Shown in pieces: positions 20,062 through 25,395 of a DNA stretch of 25,395 nucleotides. Below the pieces are notes generated by a model, which was given only the letters and a program-made list of their open reading frames with translations, did not search any database and was not told where the DNA came from. How positions within the stretch are numbered: position 1 is the stretch's first letter; every line of letters begins with the position of its first letter. This DNA is from Amoebophrya sp. A120 (Eukaryota > Protista > Dinoflagellata), in the NCBI GenBank assembly GCA_905178155.1, contig CAJINV010000044.1, positions 21,502 to 46,896 on the forward strand, read 5' to 3'. The position numbers and the translations under genes are program-made.

Positions 20062-20187
20062 AAAATTTGAAAAGATGCTGAAGGAGACATCTTTTCAAAA
20101 TTTGACAACCTCAACAACGCAAGCACTTGCTTTGTTGAGGTTGTCAAATTTTGAAAAGATGTTTCCTTCAGCATCTTTTCAAAATTT
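20062..20187. repeat. 126-bp near-perfect palindrome within a CTTTTCAAA / TTTGAAAAG repeat cluster (19890-20200)
   Basis: TTTGAAAAGATGCTGAAGGAGACATCTTTTCAAAATTTGACAACCTCAACAA mirrored about 20124/20125. Each arm is itself a smaller hairpin. Confidence 0.9.
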
Positions 20188-21100
20188 GACAACCTTTTTG
20201 ACAACCCCTTTGATGAGGTCTCCCAAGGGGCGGTGAGAGTGCGGCCGAGGGAACGTCTACAAGTGCTGCTGTCCTTGTTACGGACTTCTTCGATCAGCCC
20301 CTCCGACACCAGCATGATTTTTCCAGTCTGCTCCATCTTCGGTGAGGATAAGTACAGATCGCGGGGAAAATCGAAATTTTTGTGCACCTGGTGCACTTAT
20401 GCTTATGTTATCCCTATAAAGAAAAATATCTATCAGGAGGTTATGAAAATAAGTGCCGGCGAAGAATTAAGGAGTCTTCGAATTTAATGGTGGCACAGAA
20501 AAAAAAAAAGATTTTGACAAGGCGATTGATAAACGAACCCACAAATGAAAGGGGTAAAAGACCAGTTACAACGATCTTCGGAGCGTAGGATGTAAATCGG
20601 ACTGGAAGCAGCACATCACAATTCGGTTCTGAAAACCATCCAGTGCATGCTTGAATTATTGTTGATGCCCTTAAGAGGTGCCTGAAGATGTAGTACAGTA
20701 GATATCCTAAAAGAAGAAGTGGCAGCTCAGAACCGGAAAAAGTCTGTAACAGTCCTGCGAGGATTTCTATCAGAATCAAAGTCTTATGTCGTGTTTGCTC
20801 AGCGTCCTTGAAGCGACAAGGACTCAGAAACTCTAGTCCGAAAAAAATTTGTCATCATTCTACTCGCCATGCAGATGAAACCGCTGCACTACTGCGGGCG
20901 CGCCTGTCCACTTTGGGGAGCTGGAATTATTACGTACAAAACAACCGCAACTATCAGCCTGGTGCCAGTTATGTTGTGTCTTCATTCAAACTTCAGAGCG
21001 TATATTAAAGTTTGAAGGTTGTGGGTCTCATCATTGTTACTCTATGCAAGAGAGATTCGACTTCAATAGCAATATTAGCTGTTCTATGCAATACACCCTG

Positions 21101-21322
21101 TCAGAACTTCTTAGAGGTTGTTGTTGATTCCGCATCTAGAATGAACTCAGTTAGAGGCGAAAGACAAAGCATTTTGTCATCATAGCGAGGTGGTCGTGCA
21201 TCACAAGCTTCGTGATTTCTACCAGTATCAGAACTTCTTAGAGGTTATTGCTTTCTCCGCACCGGCCTGCGATAGAAACCACAGCTCAGTTAGAGGCGAA
21301 AGACAAAAGTGTGTCATCACAA
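21101..21322. repeat. Two-copy imperfect direct repeat
   Basis: TCAGAACTTCTTAGAGGTT at 21101 and 21228; CTCAGTTAGAGGCGAAAGACAAA at 21146 and 21285. Confidence 0.85.
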
Positions 21323-22399
21323 GTAATCTGCATATTGCTCTCCTATCCATTTACATTTCCGAAGAGCATGCTAGAGCTAATTCCATCATGTCCGTCAGTG
21401 TTAAGTAGGAGAAACTCAAGGCTACCACAAGCCCGTTTCAGGGAGAACTCACGGAAAATTGCTTTTATTGTTGGAAGGGCACTAGAGGTCTCTGCCACAG
21501 TATCAATGTGGTGCGGCTTGCGGGTCCCAGGGGTCTCAGCGAAAGTTCGTCTTGCAGGACAAAATGAACCTGCATGAGAAACATTATCAGCCGGATTCCT
21601 GATATGCACAAGCCAGGCAACAGACCCCGACTGCTCGTCCGTGCTGTTGATGATCTTGATGTGCAAGTAGAGCACGAATCTGTTGTTCGAAGATTATGTA
21701 TGGACCACCACGTGCTAGACAAACCTGTTTTGTCAAGCACAAGAACCTGCAGGTGCCACTTCTCAGATAGCGAATGAAGTCAAAAGCGAGTACCTCATCA
21801 CACAGGCTCTTTACAAAAGCTGCAAAGAGGTCAGAATAGAGAGAGAGAATCGCATATCATCACGAAGTCGTAGAGCGCATGATCTCGTCTTGCACTAAAA
21901 ACGCCAAGCAAGCTGCACTAATGGCATGTTGAGCTCTATTTTTCAGCAGAAGATCAGTGGGCTTCTAATACGGAACAAGATTTCAACCGCTTTTTCGGGG
22001 GGGTGGTCGCGCGGGAGCAACTACGAATACCTGGATCCGGATACATCATTCCCTTTGCTTTTGCTCGATCTAGATCTTCAATTTTCATCGCAATTGTAAA
22101 GAGCTGTGTCTTGATGACGACGTCACAGAAGCCGACCTCTTCGTCTCCACATGGTAAAGTTTGGCGTCCTTACCAAAAAGAACTCCCTTGGATCTTCTAC
22201 TTGGAACAGCCGATCTCTTGGCTCTTGTTCCGATTTTTCGAAACTTTATTTTTGCAATGGAACAGTAGAACAACCGACAAGCGGCCCGATGAAGAAACAA
22301 CATGGTGTCAAGTCTACTTGAAGAAGACAAGATGGCACACGACATGGAAGCAGGCGGGACGCCAATCCTTATCATCACTTCAAACAAATCTTCGATTTT

Positions 22400-25383
22400 T
22401 CAGACAGCTATCCCTGTAAGATTAACATCCCCCCTTTTCGCGTGTTCTTCCGCGGAGATAGACTCCAAGCGCCGTATTGCTGTGTTGTAGACTCGTATCC
22501 AGGTGGAAAAAAACTGTGCCAGTGTCGCATTTCTTGGCGAAGAGCATGACAAATCTGTCTGGCATGTTGACAATCATTCGCAGATTGATAGTACGTGAAA
22601 ACGCATTTTGCGTACACCCCTCCACGCAAAACCAGCATGACAGACACGTAACCTTCTTCCATGTTTATTCGCATGACGGACTTAGTATACACCTTCACCA
22701 CAGTTTTTCTCCTCCGTAACTCTTTTGCACTCATCTGCGTTGTCCTGTGCCGTGGTCACAAACAGCTTCGCCTCCCTGTAGCTGTGGCAAAATTTCCGGT
22801 AAGCCAGGAAAAAAGGCCTCGCTTTTGACACCGCCTCCTTCAGTTTGCGAATCTGCGCTTCTGTCGGCGGTTTGTGATGGGAGCTAGTTGATGCTGTGTT
22901 GCCTGGCGTTGGGGTCGGCCCGCCGCCGCTGTGGTAGGAATTACTACTAGTCCCGCCCTGTTGAGAAGTAGATGAGCTCGATGTAGTAGTCACATCAAAC
23001 CGCCTGAGTTCATCCTGTAACTGCGCTGATTTCGCGATTTCTCTCGTCAAGGCCAAGTCGATGGTGTTCAGCTGCTCTTTCCATCGTTCCAGCCTCGTGC
23101 TGGTAGTTGTACTACCCGTAGTTCTGCTCGGTGAGGAAGAGGAACTTGAACTCGCCCCTCCCGCGTACGATTTCACCTTCGCAGTGACTTTGGAAAATTT
23201 CTCGGATAAAAGATTCACTTTCTGCTTCGACTTCTCCAGCAAATTCTCCTTCAAAAAATAATCTTCCGCGATCAAGACGTATTCCTCCCCGCAACTGGAC
23301 AGCAGGTAGACTCGCTGTATCGCCCAGTCCGCAATGATCTTGTCCAGAACCTGCTGCTTCTGCTTCTGCACCATCTTCAACTGGTTCAGTTTTTCCGCAG
23401 CCTGGTTCATCTTCGTCAGTTCCGTATGAACTTTAGTTGTCAATTCCTGTAACTCGTCCTGATCTTGCTCCAATTGCGCCGCCGTTGCAGTCGTACCTGA
23501 GGTCGCCGTGGTCTCCGGCGCGACATGCTGCAGCTTCTCCTTCGTCGAGCTGGCACTCCTACTGGCTTGTGCTTCTCTCTGAAGATGACCAGCTTCTTGT
23601 TGGTCCAAATTCGACGACGTCTTCGCAGCAAGAAGAGCAGTACTTTTGTCCTGCTGCAGAAGGTGTTGCGCCGTCTTTTCGACTGGTAAAGACACGGTCA
23701 ACGAACTCCCGGTGTCCCCTGCGTTACTATTCTCGCCGTAGTTGTTATCTACACCGGTGCCACCCGAGGAAACATGGCTCGACAATACTATGCTAGAGGT
23801 AGAGGGCTCGTGTTGTCCTTGCGCTACAGATGACTGCTCCTGATTGTTGCCCGACGCAGCAGCTACGTTCGGCTGGTTCACCGGTGTGGATGTTGAAAAG
23901 TCCAGAATTTTCGGCGATAACTCTTCCGGAATGGTGCTCCAGTTCTCCTCCTCTTCTTCCTCCAAACTGCCCGGAGAAAAAGGCTCTACTTCTTGCTGCT
24001 GTGGTGTTCTTGCATGCTGCTGCTGCTGCAAAACCGTTGCCGCTCCGCTTATCGACGTTCTACCATCTGCAAGAACTCCACTTAACGCGACACTCTCCTT
24101 CGACGCAGTTACACTTGCACTTCCGCTATGCCGCCGGGAACCAATTGCAGCTGTTCCGCTCGAGCTGCTAGTTGTCCGCAGCGGAGGTTCGAGTATGGTT
24201 AGCGGTACAAGTTTTGCCTCCTGTTGACCATGCTGTGGTCCCGCAGCTCGCACGACGTCCTTGCTCGTGGCTATCCTTTCCAGATTGGACTTGGATGTCC
24301 TCTTGCCGGACAAAATCGACGTAGATGCTGTAGCATTCGCATTCGCACCGACATTGTCATCCGAACTGCCGGCACTGGAAGACGAAGTTGAGGAATTATT
24401 CAGCTGCTGGCTCTGATCCTTATCCCCCACAAGACCCGCATATGAGAGTGCACAACTCGTCCGCCTCACCCTGGTTTGTGCTCGCAAAATACCAAACCGA
24501 CGCCCTGTCTCGTCTTGGCACTGTTTGCATAACAGGTCTTGGCAGCTCAAGTAGGACGTACTATCCTGTCCTAATTCGTCATGCAAAACGTGCATTGTTG
24601 CCGAAGCTTGTTTTCATTTTTGCTCCTGCAGCTCATGCAATACAAATGAGGGACGAGAGGGGAAGTTTTACAGCACTCTCATACTGCAATCTGTTTCTCC
24701 CGACTTTCGTGAATGACCTCGAGAACGTGGTCGAGATTTGTCAGAATCGAGTTCGAATTTTCCACCTGCATCTGCTCCAAGTCTCGCAGCGAGCTATCAA
24801 CTTTCCCGTAGAAAGACTCCGTGCGCCCCATGTTGCGGGAACTACTGCTTGGCGAGGTGGGGAGGGAGCGGGATTTCAAGTTTGTCAAGGAAGCAGTCGA
24901 GTGGGAGGAGGTGGTTTCGAACATCGTGTTCAGGTTTAGGAAGTTAGTGTCTTTGTTCGATGTAGTCACGGTTGTTTCCTTGCTCCCCGAACGCGACCGG
25001 GAACCACTGCTGCTGCTTTTCGTTCGATACTGCTCGTATCCTGCACTGGCTGCAGAATAGGCTACCGCAGGTTCTTGCTGCCTCTGCGCGACAGGAACTA
25101 CAGGATCTGAGGAGGAGAGCAGACTCATTTTCCCCGCGCTACTAGCTGTGCTGGGGCTGGGGTTCGGGGAAATCAGGGCGGAGACGAGCTGGTTCTGATG
25201 TGCTGGTGCGCCTTTGGTCGTGAAGGAAGACTGCTGCCCTTGGCTGCTGAAAGAGGAAGCTGCGCCTCCGGCCATTGCGTAGTTCTTGGAATCCTTATTT
25301 GTTCGTTCTGGCGCAGCGTAGTTAATACCGCTTGTTGTAGCTCTCCCCGTTCCTCCTCGAAGGACATGGTCCGAATCACGCAC
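22400..25383 (-). CDS. SH3BP5-like coiled-coil protein (Sab/Parcas/REI-1 family) with long S/T/Q-rich N-terminus; three exons (25383-24689, 24440-22723, 22494-22400)
   Basis: KVHTELTKMNQAAEKLN, KLKEAVSKARPFF and, after splicing, KRVYNTAIRRLESISAEEHAKR match the SH3BP5 motifs I..ELEKLN.....IN, KL...I.K..PYF and Y..AL..LE.IS.EIH..R in the right order. TGA at 22402-22400. The start may lie upstream of the window. Confidence 0.75.
22495..22722 (-). other. 228-nt non-canonical intron with 4-bp direct repeat and imperfect IR
   Basis: ACTC at 22491-22494 and 22719-22722; AAAAACTGTG / CACAGTTTTT IR. Contains an in-frame stop. Removal restores the SH3BP5 C-terminal motif. Confidence 0.8.
24441..24688 (-). 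other. 248-nt non-canonical intron with 11-bp perfect IR and 3-bp direct repeat
   Basis: TATGAGAGTGC (24441-24451) and GCACTCTCATA (24673-24683); GCA at 24438-24440 and 24686-24688. Removal joins EKQIA to GLVGDKDQ in frame. Confidence 0.75.
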
Positions 25384-25395
25384 CTAGAAATCACG

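Noticed and set aside
20441-22387. Possible further minus-strand gene(s), including a hydrophobic ORF at 20441-20779
   Set aside because: I could not build a consistent exon chain or recognise a family, so no CDS is called.
24441-24595. ATG at 24595 as start of a separate 637-aa gene
   Set aside because: It lies within the IR-bounded 248-nt intron. The ORF is better read as exon 2 of the gene that includes 24689-25383.

Overview
Eukaryotic genomic DNA in two parts, with an assembly gap at 19014-19570. The density of non-GT-AG introns bounded by inverted and short direct repeats suggests a syndinean dinoflagellate such as Amoebophrya (inference). Part 1 (1 to ~13030) is a large putative DNA transposon whose left end lies outside the window. 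It has mutually inverted 54-bp tandem arrays near both ends and a ~3-kb higher-order satellite. It carries one split gene (4435-11006, +). After removing two ~1.1-1.3 kb foldback inserts and one GT-AG intron, the gene reads as OTU-like protease, winged-helix-like segment, D5-like SF3 helicase with C-terminal wHTH, CxC zinc cluster and KDZ (Kyakuja-Dileera-Zisupton) transposase. The transposase half has one stop and two frameshifts. I do not know this helicase-KDZ fusion from described elements, and it is the main finding. Part 2 (~13100-25395) is host DNA: an uncharacterised minus-strand gene and an SH3BP5-like gene, both interrupted by introner-like inserts whose removal at the direct repeats usually restores the reading frame, plus near-perfect palindromes and a possible MSP-domain exon. 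All domain calls are motif recognition by eye, not database searches.
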